A DNA stretch of 64,000 bases from Ignavibacteria bacterium (GCA_016707005.1 JADJIQ010000002.1:741527-805526); one strand, 5' to 3'. Counted from the stretch's first letter, positions 48,718 to 59,023 are shown. Notes: generated by a model from the letters alone, not told the origin. Made by a program: numbers and translations.

Positions 48718-50085
48718 ATGACGTTTTCCTCCGTTCGACACATCCACTTCGTTGGCATTGGTGGCATTGGCATGAGCGGGATCGCCGAGATCCTTCTTTC
48801 GCAGGGGTTTGTTGTCAGTGGCTCAGACCTTAACCGAAGTGAAGTAACGGACCACCTTGCAACTCTTGGGGCGCGCATCTGCATTGGGCATGATGCACAA
48901 CACGTAGATAACGCCGAGGTAGTGGTCTACTCCAGTGCCGTTCGTCCACAGGAGAACCCCGAGACGTTGTTCGCCTTGGAGCGCAAGATCCCGATCATCC
49001 GTCGGGCAGAGATGCTCAGCGAGGTCTCCCGACTGAAGTATTGTCTGGCCATTGCCGGCACTCACGGCAAGACAACCACCACGTCCATGTGTGGCATCGT
49101 GATGATGAAGGCTGGCATGGACCCAACGGTCATTGTTGGCGGACGTCTCAAGGGACTTGGTGGCACGAATGCCCGGCTTGGACAGGGCGACTGGATCGTA
49201 CTCGAGGCCGATGAATACGACCGTTCCTTCCTCCAGCTCTTGCCCACCATTGCTGTGATCACGAATGTAGAGGCGGATCACCTTGACATCTATAGTGACC
49301 TCGACGATATAAAGGGGGCGTTCATCGAGTTCTCAAACAAGGTGCCGTTCTATGGCACTGCAGTGGTCTGCTTAGATGATCCGGGCGTGCGCGCCATCCT
49401 GCCGTCCATCAAACGGGTGGTTGTCACCTACGGCATGTCTGCGCAGTGTGATGTGCGCGCTGCAGACATCAGCTACAACGAACGCTCCTCCACCTATACA
49501 CTCGTACACAAGGGGAGCCCCCTTGGAGAGATCGAGCTTCACGTACCGGGTGACCACAACGTCCGCAATTCCCTTGCTGCTTGCGCAACTGCTCTTTTGT
49601 GCGGTGTTCCGTTCGATGTGATCAGGGATGGTCTTGCAGAGTTCGGAGGCGTGTTCCGTCGGTTCGAAGTCAAGGGAGAGGTAGGGGGCATCCTGGTCGT
49701 AGACGACTATGCCCACCACCCTACCGAGATCCGCTCAACGCTCACCGCGGCCCGACGTGGTTGGAAGCGTCGGATCGTTGCCGTGTTCCAGCCGCACACC
49801 TATACCCGAACCAGGGATTTCTACGCCGAGTTCGCCACTTCCTTTGACGAGGCCGATGTTTTGATCCTCACAGACGTTTATCCGGCACGCGAAGAGCCAA
49901 TTCCGGGGGTCAATGGGAAGCTTATCGCGGACGCTGCCAGGGATGCCGGACACCGCAACGTGCACTATGTAGAAGCGCCTGCAGACATCCCGGCACTGCT
50001 CAAGACCCTGGTTTTGGAGGGCGATATGGTGCTCACAATGGGTGCCGGAGATATATGGAAAGTAGGGTCGGCACTGCTCGCCTGA
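48718..50085 (+). CDS. murC: UDP-N-acetylmuramate--L-alanine ligase
   Basis: HFVGIGGIGMSGIAEIL and Mur ligase motifs. Confidence 0.9.
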   Translation: MTFSSVRHIHFVGIGGIGMSGIAEILLSQGFVVSGSDLNRSEVTDHLATLGARICIGHDAQHVDNAEVVVYSSAVRPQENPETLFALERKIPIIRRAEMLSEVSRLKYCLAIAGTHGKTTTTSMCGIVMMKAGMDPTVIVGGRLKGLGGTNARLGQGDWIVLEADEYDRSFLQLLPTIAVITNVEADHLDIYSDLDDIKGAFIEFSNKVPFYGTAVVCLDDPGVRAILPSIKRVVVTYGMSAQCDVRAADISYNERSSTYTLVHKGSPLGEIELHVPGDHNVRNSLAACATALLCGVPFDVIRDGLAEFGGVFRRFEVKGEVGGILVVDDYAHHPTEIRSTLTAARRGWKRRIVAVFQPHTYTRTRDFYAEFATSFDEADVLILTDVYPAREEPIPGVNGKLIADAARDAGHRNVHYVEAPADIPALLKTLVLEGDMVLTMGAGDIWKVGSALLA

Positions 50086-50149
50086 CTATTTTTGTGGTTC
50101 GGGCGTCTGTGACCCCCGTATCCACTCACAATCCCAGTGTACCCATTTC

Positions 50150-52288
50150 ATGACGATCTCCGCCATGACGACGAATTCTCGTGTTCTCTCGATCGCTCTC
50201 GGTCTTGTGTGCATCGCTTCTATCGCGTCAGCCCAGAAAAGCAAAAAGTCGGCAACACCGGCAAAAACGTCAACCCCTTCCACCGTGATCGCCACGGTTG
50301 GAACAGAGAAGATCCTTCTCTCCGACGTTGAGCGCGCATTTCAAAAAAACTTGTCGCGTCGGGATACGAAGCTTACTTCAGTGCCACGAGACACCGCCCT
50401 TGAATTCCTGCGCCTCTACACGAACTATCGATTGAAGGTGCAGGACGCACACGATCGTGGTCTCGACAAGGACTCCGCAGTGAAGGTAGACCTTGCGAAC
50501 AATCGCAAGCTCCTTTCAGAGACGTTCTTCTATGACAAGGCAGTAGCTGACTCGCGAGTGGATCAGCTGTCACGTCGTAGAATGAAGGAGCTCCAGATCG
50601 GCATCATCTTGTGCGCGATCGCCGATCCGCAGACCAAACAATGGGATACGGTTGGAAGCAAGCTCAAGGCAGAACGTCTTATCGCACAACTCAACGCCGG
50701 TGCTGACTTCGAGAAGATCGCTCGTGATTCATCGGACGATAAGGAGACCGCTGCGAACGGAGGGATCCTTCCGTGGATCTCCGGCGGTTCGATCATCAAG
50801 GCCGTAGAAGACGAAGCATATTCTTTGAAGGCTGGGCAAGTGAGCCCGAAGCCCGTGAACTCGCGTTTCGGATACTTCGTGGTGAAGGTCTTCCGTGAGG
50901 AGCCCCGTGACCAAGTGAAGTTCCGTCACATCCTTCTTTCCGCAAAAGATGGCAGAGACTCAGCCGCAACAGATCGTTTTGCAGACACGCTCATCACCAT
51001 CCTCAAGATGAAGCCGGCTCAACAAGCAGCTGCATTGCGTGCGATGAAGATCGAGCCAACGGGCGATGCCTTTTCTGACCTGGCAAAGGCCGTGTCGGAC
51101 GACAAGACGTCCGCTGCCAAGGGCGGCTTCCTCGGCTCATCATATTCCCGCTCCGGCGGAATGGATGCCAATGGTTCCCGTCTTGTACCGGCCTTTGAGA
51201 ACGCGGTGTTTGCACTCAAGGATGGCGAGCTCTCCGGCAAGGTCAAGACGATCTACGGAACACACATCATGATCCGTGATTCCACCAAGAAGCCTGATGC
51301 TGTGGCGGAGCGCGACGCGGCAAAGCGCACCTATCGCAGACTTTACTTCGAAGAAGACAAGAGGATCGTTCTCGATTCTGTGAAGAAGCACCTTGGATAT
51401 CAGTGGATGGATCAAACATTGATCATGTTTATGAGTGCGATCGATACCACGAAGAACACACAAGACACAACGTGGTCACGCTCACTCACACCGTATCAAT
51501 CAGAACAGATCATCTACAAGATGCCACGCGGCCCGATCACAGTAGGCCAATTCCGCGACTCACTTCGCCTGCGCATCGATATGCGAGGATACTCGCTCAA
51601 CCGTGCCGGGCTTGAGCGTGCAATGAATCGCATCGCAGACCCACTTGCCCTAGAGCAGGCCACTGCAGACCTCGAAACGAAGTATCCGGAGTTTGCCTCG
51701 TTGATGCAAGAATTCAATGACGGCATCTTGCTCTTCAAGGTAGAAGAGAAGGAAGTCTGGAGCAAGCTACGATTTGACACTACCGATGCGCGGGTCTTCT
51801 ATGACTCAACCAAGTCGCGTTGGATGACCGAGCAGAAGTACGACCTCACCGAGCTCTACGTACTCAGCGACTCCCTTGCAAAGGCCTTGAGCGATAGAAT
51901 CAAGAAGGGCGAGAACATTGCCACACTTGCCGCACAACACACGCAACGCGAAGGTGGCAGGGATAAGAACGGCGCTGTGAAGTCGGCATCACCTAAGACC
52001 TCAAAGGTTGCAGCGAAGATCACTGCCACAACAAAGGTTGGGGACATCATCGGTCCGTTTGCAGCCGACGCCGGTTGGGCGGTCATCCGCCTTGATGCCG
52101 TTGTTCCGCCACAACAGAAGTCCTTTGAAGCAGCACTCAGTGAGCTCGCTCCGGCCTATCAGGATGCGCTGCAGAAGCGTCTCACCGAGAACTGGCTCTC
52201 CGGTGTGCGCAAGCTTCACCCTGTTGTGTATGACACCGCTGTTATCGACAAGATATGGGGCAAGGCCTCGTCAGTGAAAACGAAATGA
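50150..52288 (+). CDS. periplasmic peptidyl-prolyl isomerase, SurA/PpiD-like with several parvulin domains
   Basis: Signal peptide; repeated parvulin cores (FGYFVVKV, YGTHIMIRD, ...). Confidence 0.7.
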   Translation: MTISAMTTNSRVLSIALGLVCIASIASAQKSKKSATPAKTSTPSTVIATVGTEKILLSDVERAFQKNLSRRDTKLTSVPRDTALEFLRLYTNYRLKVQDAHDRGLDKDSAVKVDLANNRKLLSETFFYDKAVADSRVDQLSRRRMKELQIGIILCAIADPQTKQWDTVGSKLKAERLIAQLNAGADFEKIARDSSDDKETAANGGILPWISGGSIIKAVEDEAYSLKAGQVSPKPVNSRFGYFVVKVFREEPRDQVKFRHILLSAKDGRDSAATDRFADTLITILKMKPAQQAAALRAMKIEPTGDAFSDLAKAVSDDKTSAAKGGFLGSSYSRSGGMDANGSRLVPAFENAVFALKDGELSGKVKTIYGTHIMIRDSTKKPDAVAERDAAKRTYRRLYFEEDKRIVLDSVKKHLGYQWMDQTLIMFMSAIDTTKNTQDTTWSRSLTPYQSEQIIYKMPRGPITVGQFRDSLRLRIDMRGYSLNRAGLERAMNRIADPLALEQATADLETKYPEFASLMQEFNDGILLFKVEEKEVWSKLRFDTTDARVFYDSTKSRWMTEQKYDLTELYVLSDSLAKALSDRIKKGENIATLAAQHTQREGGRDKNGAVKSASPKTSKVAAKITATTKVGDIIGPFAADAGWAVIRLDAVVPPQQKSFEAALSELAPAYQDALQKRLTENWLSGVRKLHPVVYDTAVIDKIWGKASSVKTK

Positions 52289-53577
52289 AAAGCCCCATGC
52301 GCACACTCAACATCTTCTTCATGTGCCTCCTTGTACTTGGCATCCCTACCTCTGTTTGGGCCCAAGACTCCATGGAAGGTATCATTGCCATCGTTGGTCG
52401 TGAGATCGTTCTCAAGTCCGATGTAGACGGTCAGATGGAGATGTTGGCCCAGCGTGATCCGCGCGTAGACCGCAAGGACGTCAAACTGCGTCAAGCAATC
52501 CTCGATCAGCTCATCAACGAGCGCCTCATCATGACCAAGGCCATAGAGGACAGCATTGAGGTAACAGATGAAGAGATCACGCAGCGCATGGAATATCAGA
52601 TCCAAACACTGATCCAGCAATTCGGCTCAGAGAAGCGTATCGAAGACATGTACGGCATGAGCATGATGCGCATCCGACGTGAATTCCGCGATGAGATCCG
52701 CAAACGTCTTCTCGTGGAGAAGATGCAACAGAAGCAATTCGGTCAGGTCAAGGCCTCCCGTGCAGATGTGGAAGCGTTCTACGCCAAATACCGCGACTCC
52801 TTGCCTAAGGTACCGGAACGTGTAGACCTCTTCCACATCGTGAAGTACGTGAAGGCCTCCGACGAAAAGAACAAGGAAGCATACACCCTTGCCATGCGTA
52901 TCAGAGACTCCATCGTAAAAGGGGGCTCCTTCAGCGACTTCGCACGCAGGTATTCCGGAGATCCGATCTCTGCATCGAACGGTGGCGACCTCGGAACCGT
53001 TGATCGCGGCAAATTTGTCCCGGCTTTCGAAACCGCTGCATTCAACCTGTCCCCTGATGAGATCTCTCAACCAGTCGAGACGCCGTTCGGATGGCACGTT
53101 ATTCAGCTCATCAGCAAGACAGCAACCTCGATGACTGCGCGACACATCCTCATTCGCGTAGGTCAGAGCGACGAAGACCGAGAACGCGTTAAGACCGAAC
53201 TCGTTGCACTCAAACAACGTGTTGAAAAGGGCGAGAACTTTGAGACACTCGCTCGTGAATTCAGTGATGAAAAAGAGACCCAAGGCTTCGGTGGATCAAT
53301 GGGTCAGATCGAACTCGCCCGTCTTCCGGAAGAGATGCAAACATCTCTCAATGCCATGAAGGACGGTGCTGTCTCCGACCCTTCACCGTATGCCGCAGAC
53401 CCAACTAAGCCCGGCTTCCACATCCTCTACCGCAAGCGCATCATCCCTGCTCACACCCCGTCCGTCGACGAAGACTACAAACAACTCGAACAAATGGCAT
53501 CCTTCGAAAAGAAGCAACGCCTCGAACAAGAGTGGGTGCAGAAGCTGCGGAAAGAGTTGTATTGGGAAACGCGTTAG
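52285..53577 (+). CDS. surA: SurA-type chaperone / peptidyl-prolyl isomerase
   Basis: Signal peptide MKSPMRTLNIFFMCLLVLGIPTSVWAQ; SurA N-domain plus two parvulin domains (FGWHVIQLI, GFHILYRK); ATGA overlap; stop TAG is in the repeat. Confidence 0.75.
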   Translation: MKSPMRTLNIFFMCLLVLGIPTSVWAQDSMEGIIAIVGREIVLKSDVDGQMEMLAQRDPRVDRKDVKLRQAILDQLINERLIMTKAIEDSIEVTDEEITQRMEYQIQTLIQQFGSEKRIEDMYGMSMMRIRREFRDEIRKRLLVEKMQQKQFGQVKASRADVEAFYAKYRDSLPKVPERVDLFHIVKYVKASDEKNKEAYTLAMRIRDSIVKGGSFSDFARRYSGDPISASNGGDLGTVDRGKFVPAFETAAFNLSPDEISQPVETPFGWHVIQLISKTATSMTARHILIRVGQSDEDRERVKTELVALKQRVEKGENFETLAREFSDEKETQGFGGSMGQIELARLPEEMQTSLNAMKDGAVSDPSPYAADPTKPGFHILYRKRIIPAHTPSVDEDYKQLEQMASFEKKQRLEQEWVQKLRKELYWETR

Positions 53578-53618
53578 AGTGCTAGAGTGCTAGATTGTTA
53601 GAGTGCTAGATTGTTAGA
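53573..53618. repeat. tandem array of units TAGAGTGCTAGATTGT x about 3 (arm of 4HB cassette 3)
   Basis: gttagagtgctagagtgctagattgttagagtgctagattgttag. Confidence 0.85.
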
Positions 53619-53621
53619 CCC

Positions 53622-53990
53622 TCATCTGGTTTTTGGGGGTCGTTGTTGATTGCGAACTGCGGTAGATATAGACGAACTCATCAGCCGTCCAAGCTCATCA
53701 AGAAGACCATCGATCGTTTGTTTCCATGAGCTTGGCACTCCATTTCTTTCGGTGAAATGGATAGAGAGAGATTCGGCTTCTCGTAACTCCTTATGAGCAA
53801 GCTTCAGTTTGTGTATGAGGTCTCGCCGACTTTGGCAGCTCTGCGCTTCAGAGATGTTATTCATGACAGCTAGGGCGACACCCTCCGTCTGATTTCCAAG
53901 ACGAAACAGATGTTGACTGTTTACGATCCTCACAACTTCTAACAGATAGATCGATAACAGACGCGATTTTATCATTGATGGGGACGTCAT
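53622..53990 (-). CDS. four-helix-bundle protein (TIGR02436-like, divergent)
   Basis: ...NSQHLFRLGNQTEGVALAVMNNISEAQSCQSRRDLIHKLKLAHKELREAESL aligns with the NIAEG...F..L.IA.GS..E motif region of the other two copies; track start 54032 is a GTG inside the repeat, first ATG at 53990. Confidence 0.55.
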   Translation of the reverse strand: MTSPSMIKSRLLSIYLLEVVRIVNSQHLFRLGNQTEGVALAVMNNISEAQSCQSRRDLIHKLKLAHKELREAESLSIHFTERNGVPSSWKQTIDGLLDELGRLMSSSISTAVRNQQRPPKTR

Positions 53991-54024
53991 CCTTCTATGT
54001 GCTACTAACACCACAGAACGTGAC

Positions 54025-54068
54025 TCTAGCACTCTAACAATCTAGCACTCTAACAATCTAGCACTCTA
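54025..54068. repeat. inverted array CTCTAGCACTCTAACAAT x about 2.5 (other arm of 4HB cassette 3)
   Basis: Exact reverse complement of 53573 array unit; ends 6 nt before stop of OMP gene. Confidence 0.85.
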
Positions 54069-54074
54069 TCGAGA

Positions 54075-56042
54075 TTACCAACTTCGAGAAACAGTGAGAC
54101 GCACAATGCTCTCCTGATACCCTCCACCCAACACCGGTGGTGTGAGGCGTTCGTTGAAGAGGGTGCGTTCTGCACGGAGGTCTACGTCTGCGAAGTTGCC
54201 GAGGCGGGCGGTAACGCCGAGGAAGAAGCCGGTGCGGTCTCCGTAGGTGTCATCAAGTGCAAGGGTGAGTCCACCACTGGCGGTGAGGATGTCGGAGAGG
54301 ATGTACGAAGCGGAGCCATCGATGGTGATGATAGTTGTGCTTGGAGATGCCACTGCTTCTTGATGGATCCATCCGATGCCGGCTGTGAGCGAGAGAGGGA
54401 TGAGCAACGTGACGGATTGACTGGCGATCACGGATGTGACGGCATAATCATAGAGGTTGTTCTTTGTTGCCGCGTCCTGTCGAGCAAAGGTAACGTTGGT
54501 GCTAGCACTGAGATCGCCGATGCGATATGCATAGCCCCCTGACGCATTCCACATGGTCGTACGATTCACGTATTGGAGAAGAGTGTCGGTTGCGTCACTT
54601 TGTTGAACGTACGGTGAGTACGAAACGCGGAGATATGGCAGTCCGCGGAAGTTGAGACCAAGTGTTGCGCCGATAGAGAGCAAGGTAGAAGTAGAACGCT
54701 TGATCGGAATGAGATTGTCGCGATCCTGCCGGGCAAAGAGTCCGATCGACATTTGGCGTTTCAGAAGTGCCTGATCCACTTTTACATCAAAACGCAGTAC
54801 GTCCACACGGAGGTTTGGGACTCCCAGCGCTCGATATCCGGCACCGATGCGGCGGATACTGCCACTAAACCGTGTGCCACTGCTTCGAATGTTCACGGCA
54901 GTACTTGCAGTTGCAGACCAATCAACATACGATGAAGCATTGGAGTCTGCTACATTCAAGAGGAAGTCAGGAACACTCGTTGTTCCAAACTGAGGTGCAT
55001 TAAGATCTCCGATGGTAAGGGAGCCCCCTACTTCACCTTCAAATGACCATATACCCGGGATGAGTTCTACACGGAAATCGATCGTTGAGAGGATGTTTTT
55101 TTGAGGCGTAAGAGCTGAGAGAGTATCAACCACGGTAAGGCTGGCCTTATCATCAATGGTATAGACTCCAGTGATTGTTACGTGGTCTGCCGTGATGGAA
55201 CCAAGGCCAATACGACCACCATAGAGTTTGCGTCCAAAGTCAGAGTTGTCAGAGGTGCGATAGATGGTTGTATCTGTGCGTGTAGAATCAATGCGCGAGA
55301 GGGGGCGTTGTGTTGTTCCATACACTGCATGCAGATAGAACGCACCGCCGGGGTTCCATTCGAGATTCCCACCAACAATACGCGCTCCGCTGAGGGTAAG
55401 TGGCGTGAACGTTGGGAAGACCGTGCCCACACCGATCTTTGGGAGCGAGGCCATCACACTCTCAACATCACTCATAACACCGATCTTGGTGAGCACATCT
55501 TCGTAGTTGGTGATGTTGCCGTTCGAGACATCGCGCAACTGTTCTACTTGTCGCATGGCCTCAAGTTGTTCGAGCTGTTCAGGATCATATTGCTTAAGAG
55601 AGTCTTTCACACTCTCGTACTCTCCCAGCATCCATCCGGCCTCAGACATCGCATAGGACTCGAGTTCGCGATACGCACGCTGCGTAACAATGCGCTTTAC
55701 GGCATCAGGATCAAGTGAAACAGAAAAGGCATTGATGTTCTGACGAATATCTTGCTGTTCAGAACTCATCAAGAGATTTGCCGTGATGGGCACGCCGTAG
55801 ATGATGGCCGATGGTGTGAATTCAACACGCCAGAAGTCAGGGGGCTTCTCCTGAAACGATCCCGACCTATTCGACGTTTGACCAAGCACACGATACCCGC
55901 CGGTGAAGATCACGGGCGCATCACCTTGGTCGGAACCAAAGACAACAAATGGTGATCCTGTTTGTGGTGCAGGCTGTGCTGTTGCGATCACCGATGCAAC
56001 TGCTAGTGTCACCAACACGATCAGGTTACTCGCACGTATCAT
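54075..56042 (-). CDS. hypothetical outer-membrane beta-barrel protein (655 aa)
   Basis: Signal peptide MIRASNLIVLVTLAVASVIATAQ; long amphipathic beta-strand rich body; 4-nt overlap with RCC1 gene. Confidence 0.5.
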   Translation of the reverse strand: MIRASNLIVLVTLAVASVIATAQPAPQTGSPFVVFGSDQGDAPVIFTGGYRVLGQTSNRSGSFQEKPPDFWRVEFTPSAIIYGVPITANLLMSSEQQDIRQNINAFSVSLDPDAVKRIVTQRAYRELESYAMSEAGWMLGEYESVKDSLKQYDPEQLEQLEAMRQVEQLRDVSNGNITNYEDVLTKIGVMSDVESVMASLPKIGVGTVFPTFTPLTLSGARIVGGNLEWNPGGAFYLHAVYGTTQRPLSRIDSTRTDTTIYRTSDNSDFGRKLYGGRIGLGSITADHVTITGVYTIDDKASLTVVDTLSALTPQKNILSTIDFRVELIPGIWSFEGEVGGSLTIGDLNAPQFGTTSVPDFLLNVADSNASSYVDWSATASTAVNIRSSGTRFSGSIRRIGAGYRALGVPNLRVDVLRFDVKVDQALLKRQMSIGLFARQDRDNLIPIKRSTSTLLSIGATLGLNFRGLPYLRVSYSPYVQQSDATDTLLQYVNRTTMWNASGGYAYRIGDLSASTNVTFARQDAATKNNLYDYAVTSVIASQSVTLLIPLSLTAGIGWIHQEAVASPSTTIITIDGSASYILSDILTASGGLTLALDDTYGDRTGFFLGVTARLGNFADVDLRAERTLFNERLTPPVLGGGYQESIVRLTVSRSW

Positions 56043-58864
56043 GGCATTGCGAGACGTTCAACACGCAGTGGTCCGATCGGTGGATCTGCAGGCACCGGTA
56101 CGAGATTGATCACGGGTCCTTCACCCATTTGTCCAAGTCCGTTCTGGCCCCACGTCCACAATGATCCGTCGGCCCGTACTGCCATGGCATGTGCACCTCC
56201 GGCAACGATGCCTTGTACGGCATCAACGCGCGACACCTTCACGGGCGTAAGTCTGCCAAGCCTTGTACCGTCACCACATTGACCGAGGATGTTGTTGCCC
56301 CACGCCCACACTACTCCTGATGAGTCGAGTGCGAGGCAGAAGGAGCCCCCTGCCGCAATGGCACGGATATTCTTGAGTGCCTCAACCTTCTTCGGAACGT
56401 GTCTGTCGGTAGTTGTTCCATCACCAAGCTGTCCACTCGCATTACTCCCCCACACGAACACTTCACCGGTGTTTGTCAATGCCATTGAGTGAGCATCACC
56501 GGCTGCGATGTCGATAACAGCCTTTACACGCTTGATGCCCGGGCTTCCGCCGAGGTCCATGGCGATCGGAAGTGGGATGGGAACGAACGGGAAGTCATCA
56601 TCGAATCCAGCCTGACCGTTGCCGTTCACTCCCCAACCGGCAACTACACCCGACATCGTTAGTGCAAGAGAATGTGAGTGGCCACAGGCAATGGCGCGGA
56701 TGCCTTTGAGCATCGGATGTTTGCGAGGTGTTGGAGGGTTATCGATCCCGTCGAGCTGTCCGGTAGTTACGTTGATCTTTCCGCCAAAGAATCCATTCTC
56801 AAACGTTCTGTTGTAGCCCCACACATAGACGTCGCCCTTACTCGTCAACGCCATTGCATGACGTGAACCGGCTGCAACATCGATCACACCCGTAAGTCCG
56901 GGGAGTGACGTTGGTTCACCCTTCGTGATCCGGTCGTTCACGCCCAGTTGCCAATAGTCGTTGAAGCCCCATCCTTTTACAACGCCGCCTTTTTCAACAG
57001 CGAATGACATGTCCATCCCTGCTGCAAGCGCCAGGACGTTGCTCACCTTGGCCAGCTTCTTCGGCTCGGATACTACGCTCGGATAGGCTTTTGTGATGGC
57101 GTAACGGAGATTATCGCCCCAGCCCCACACGATGTTCTTTGGATCGAGTGCCGCAAGTGGGAAGCCCTTCATGTAGGTGCCGGCGCCGCCTGACTGCTTC
57201 ATGTCCGTCACGTCGTAATCAACCTGACCGCCTTCTGTCTGTCCTTCTTGTTTCTGTGCCACGTAGGAACTTGCCCAACTTTTCTTTGCCTTGATGCCAG
57301 TTGCTACCTGGTTGATCGTTGCATCGGTGAAGAGGCCATTACTACCTGCTTTTAGATCGGCTGCGCTGATACTGAGTTCTTTTACGAGTTTCAGGGGGCT
57401 TTTCTCTTCCGGAGTAGCAACGAGAGAGTGTCGTTCTCCGGCGGCCATCACAAGCACGGGGAGCTTGATCGAGTCGAGCTTCTCGCGGTCAAAGAACCGG
57501 AAGTTGTCAACGTTCACATGCGCCATCTTCGAGCTGTCCTTTACTACGAGGTACGAAGCTCGATTGATGTACCGCACCACATCCCACTCCACCGGAACAA
57601 GGCGTTCGCTCGCAGCGGCGCGCGCAGATGGAAGGCCTGTAGAATATGCCAAGTAGAATTCACCGGGGAGCCCAGGCAGTTTCCGAACCGGAAGTTTGAA
57701 CGTATCCTTTGCTGTGCGCTCAACATAGAGCTCAACAGCTGCGTCGGGTGATAGAGAGCCCCCTACCACAAAACCGATCATACTTGTTTGAATGCGGAAT
57801 TCCTGCGATTGCATTCTGCCGAGTGCTTCATCGCCGATGAGCACTCCGTATGAGGTGACCCAATACCGACCGTTCTGACCTAGACTTCCAAGAACCGGGT
57901 GATCGTCCTTCACCGGATCATTCTTGAATGCTTCACCTTCTACCGTCCAACAGGCAAGCGATCCGATCTCAAAGTCCCAGTTCTCTCCGGGGCAGACATC
58001 CGTGAGTTCGGCAGCAACGGTAGGTGGCTTTGGCCTGTCTGGGGGCGTTGTATCACCGCGGAACGGACGGAAGACAAACGTCCACACCTCGCTAACGCCA
58101 AGGTTGATGATGCTCGAACCGCTTTCTTCATAGGCAGAGACCACCCATGCATACTTCTGTCCGACTGTGAACTTCCGCGCTGAAACAGGATACTGCAGGA
58201 TCGTTCGGGAGAGATCGCGTACATCCAAGAACGCCGGGTTGCGAGATACAGCGTCTTGGGGCGTCTGTGTAGCGAACATCTCATGGATGCGCACCTGATA
58301 CAGGATGCGCTGTCCGGGACCGGGAGGAACCGATGACATCCACGTGAACACCGGATAATCCATCGGCACTTCAGATTCATCGGGTGGCGCGATCAGGATC
58401 GGCTGCGAGAGCCTGTTCACAGTTGTGAACTTGCAATCTTTACCGAGGATCTGGTCTGTCTCTGCGCTGATCACTTCGCAGCAGATCTGGTAGTCGCCCG
58501 TGGGTACGGTTCCGGTACGCAGAAGGGCGTCGCGATATTTTGGGTTGTACTCCCCAATCTTCACCGGTTGAACCATGGTACCAGTTACCACAGTCTGGCC
58601 ATTCGGGATCTCGATGACCTTCGTTGTGGCGTCGGCAATGATGCCGTCAGGGATCGATGACTCCTCGGCAGTGCCATGTAAATAAACCTTAACAGGTCTG
58701 CCCGAGGTATTTGTGAGGTAGACCTTCCACAGGTCTGCAACTCGCAATTGATTGGGAGGGGGCTGAGAAAGACGGATGCTCACCATTTCGGGTGATTGTC
58801 CGAAGAGGCTACCGGCACTGCAGATGAGCACCAAGGCAATTACGAACGTCAACGTGCGAGTCAT
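56039..58864 (-). CDS. secreted RCC1-repeat (beta-propeller) domain protein, 941 aa
   Basis: Signal peptide; seven RCC1-type repeats (VWGWGDN, GWGFNDYWQLG, VYVWGYN, GWGVNGNGQAG, VFVWGSNASGQLG, WAWGNNILGQCG, WTWGQNGLGQMG). Confidence 0.7.
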   Translation of the reverse strand: MTRTLTFVIALVLICSAGSLFGQSPEMVSIRLSQPPPNQLRVADLWKVYLTNTSGRPVKVYLHGTAEESSIPDGIIADATTKVIEIPNGQTVVTGTMVQPVKIGEYNPKYRDALLRTGTVPTGDYQICCEVISAETDQILGKDCKFTTVNRLSQPILIAPPDESEVPMDYPVFTWMSSVPPGPGQRILYQVRIHEMFATQTPQDAVSRNPAFLDVRDLSRTILQYPVSARKFTVGQKYAWVVSAYEESGSSIINLGVSEVWTFVFRPFRGDTTPPDRPKPPTVAAELTDVCPGENWDFEIGSLACWTVEGEAFKNDPVKDDHPVLGSLGQNGRYWVTSYGVLIGDEALGRMQSQEFRIQTSMIGFVVGGSLSPDAAVELYVERTAKDTFKLPVRKLPGLPGEFYLAYSTGLPSARAAASERLVPVEWDVVRYINRASYLVVKDSSKMAHVNVDNFRFFDREKLDSIKLPVLVMAAGERHSLVATPEEKSPLKLVKELSISAADLKAGSNGLFTDATINQVATGIKAKKSWASSYVAQKQEGQTEGGQVDYDVTDMKQSGGAGTYMKGFPLAALDPKNIVWGWGDNLRYAITKAYPSVVSEPKKLAKVSNVLALAAGMDMSFAVEKGGVVKGWGFNDYWQLGVNDRITKGEPTSLPGLTGVIDVAAGSRHAMALTSKGDVYVWGYNRTFENGFFGGKINVTTGQLDGIDNPPTPRKHPMLKGIRAIACGHSHSLALTMSGVVAGWGVNGNGQAGFDDDFPFVPIPLPIAMDLGGSPGIKRVKAVIDIAAGDAHSMALTNTGEVFVWGSNASGQLGDGTTTDRHVPKKVEALKNIRAIAAGGSFCLALDSSGVVWAWGNNILGQCGDGTRLGRLTPVKVSRVDAVQGIVAGGAHAMAVRADGSLWTWGQNGLGQMGEGPVINLVPVPADPPIGPLRVERLAMP

Positions 58865-59023
58865 CGGGCTACCTCCCCGAAAATGAAATTGTGCGACTCA
58901 AGTTCACACACCCCTGCGAGGCTCCAAACATACAACTACCAATGAAATACGAAAAAATACTTTCAACATCTCTTTGCATTGTCCTTCGGTTGACGTTGTT
59001 TTGCCGTCTGGTTATACGGCGTC

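Larger units (their letters stand above)
53573..54068 (-). mobile_element. putative foldback cassette 3: inverted arrays enclosing a minus-strand 4HB gene
   Basis: Same architecture as cassettes 1 and 2. Confidence 0.4.

Noticed and set aside
11745-54068. Arrays as sequencing or assembly artefacts
   Set aside because: Seven independent loci with different units, each ending precisely at codon boundaries and three enclosing intact genes of one family, are not what collapse or chimera artefacts produce. Long-read confirmation would still be prudent.
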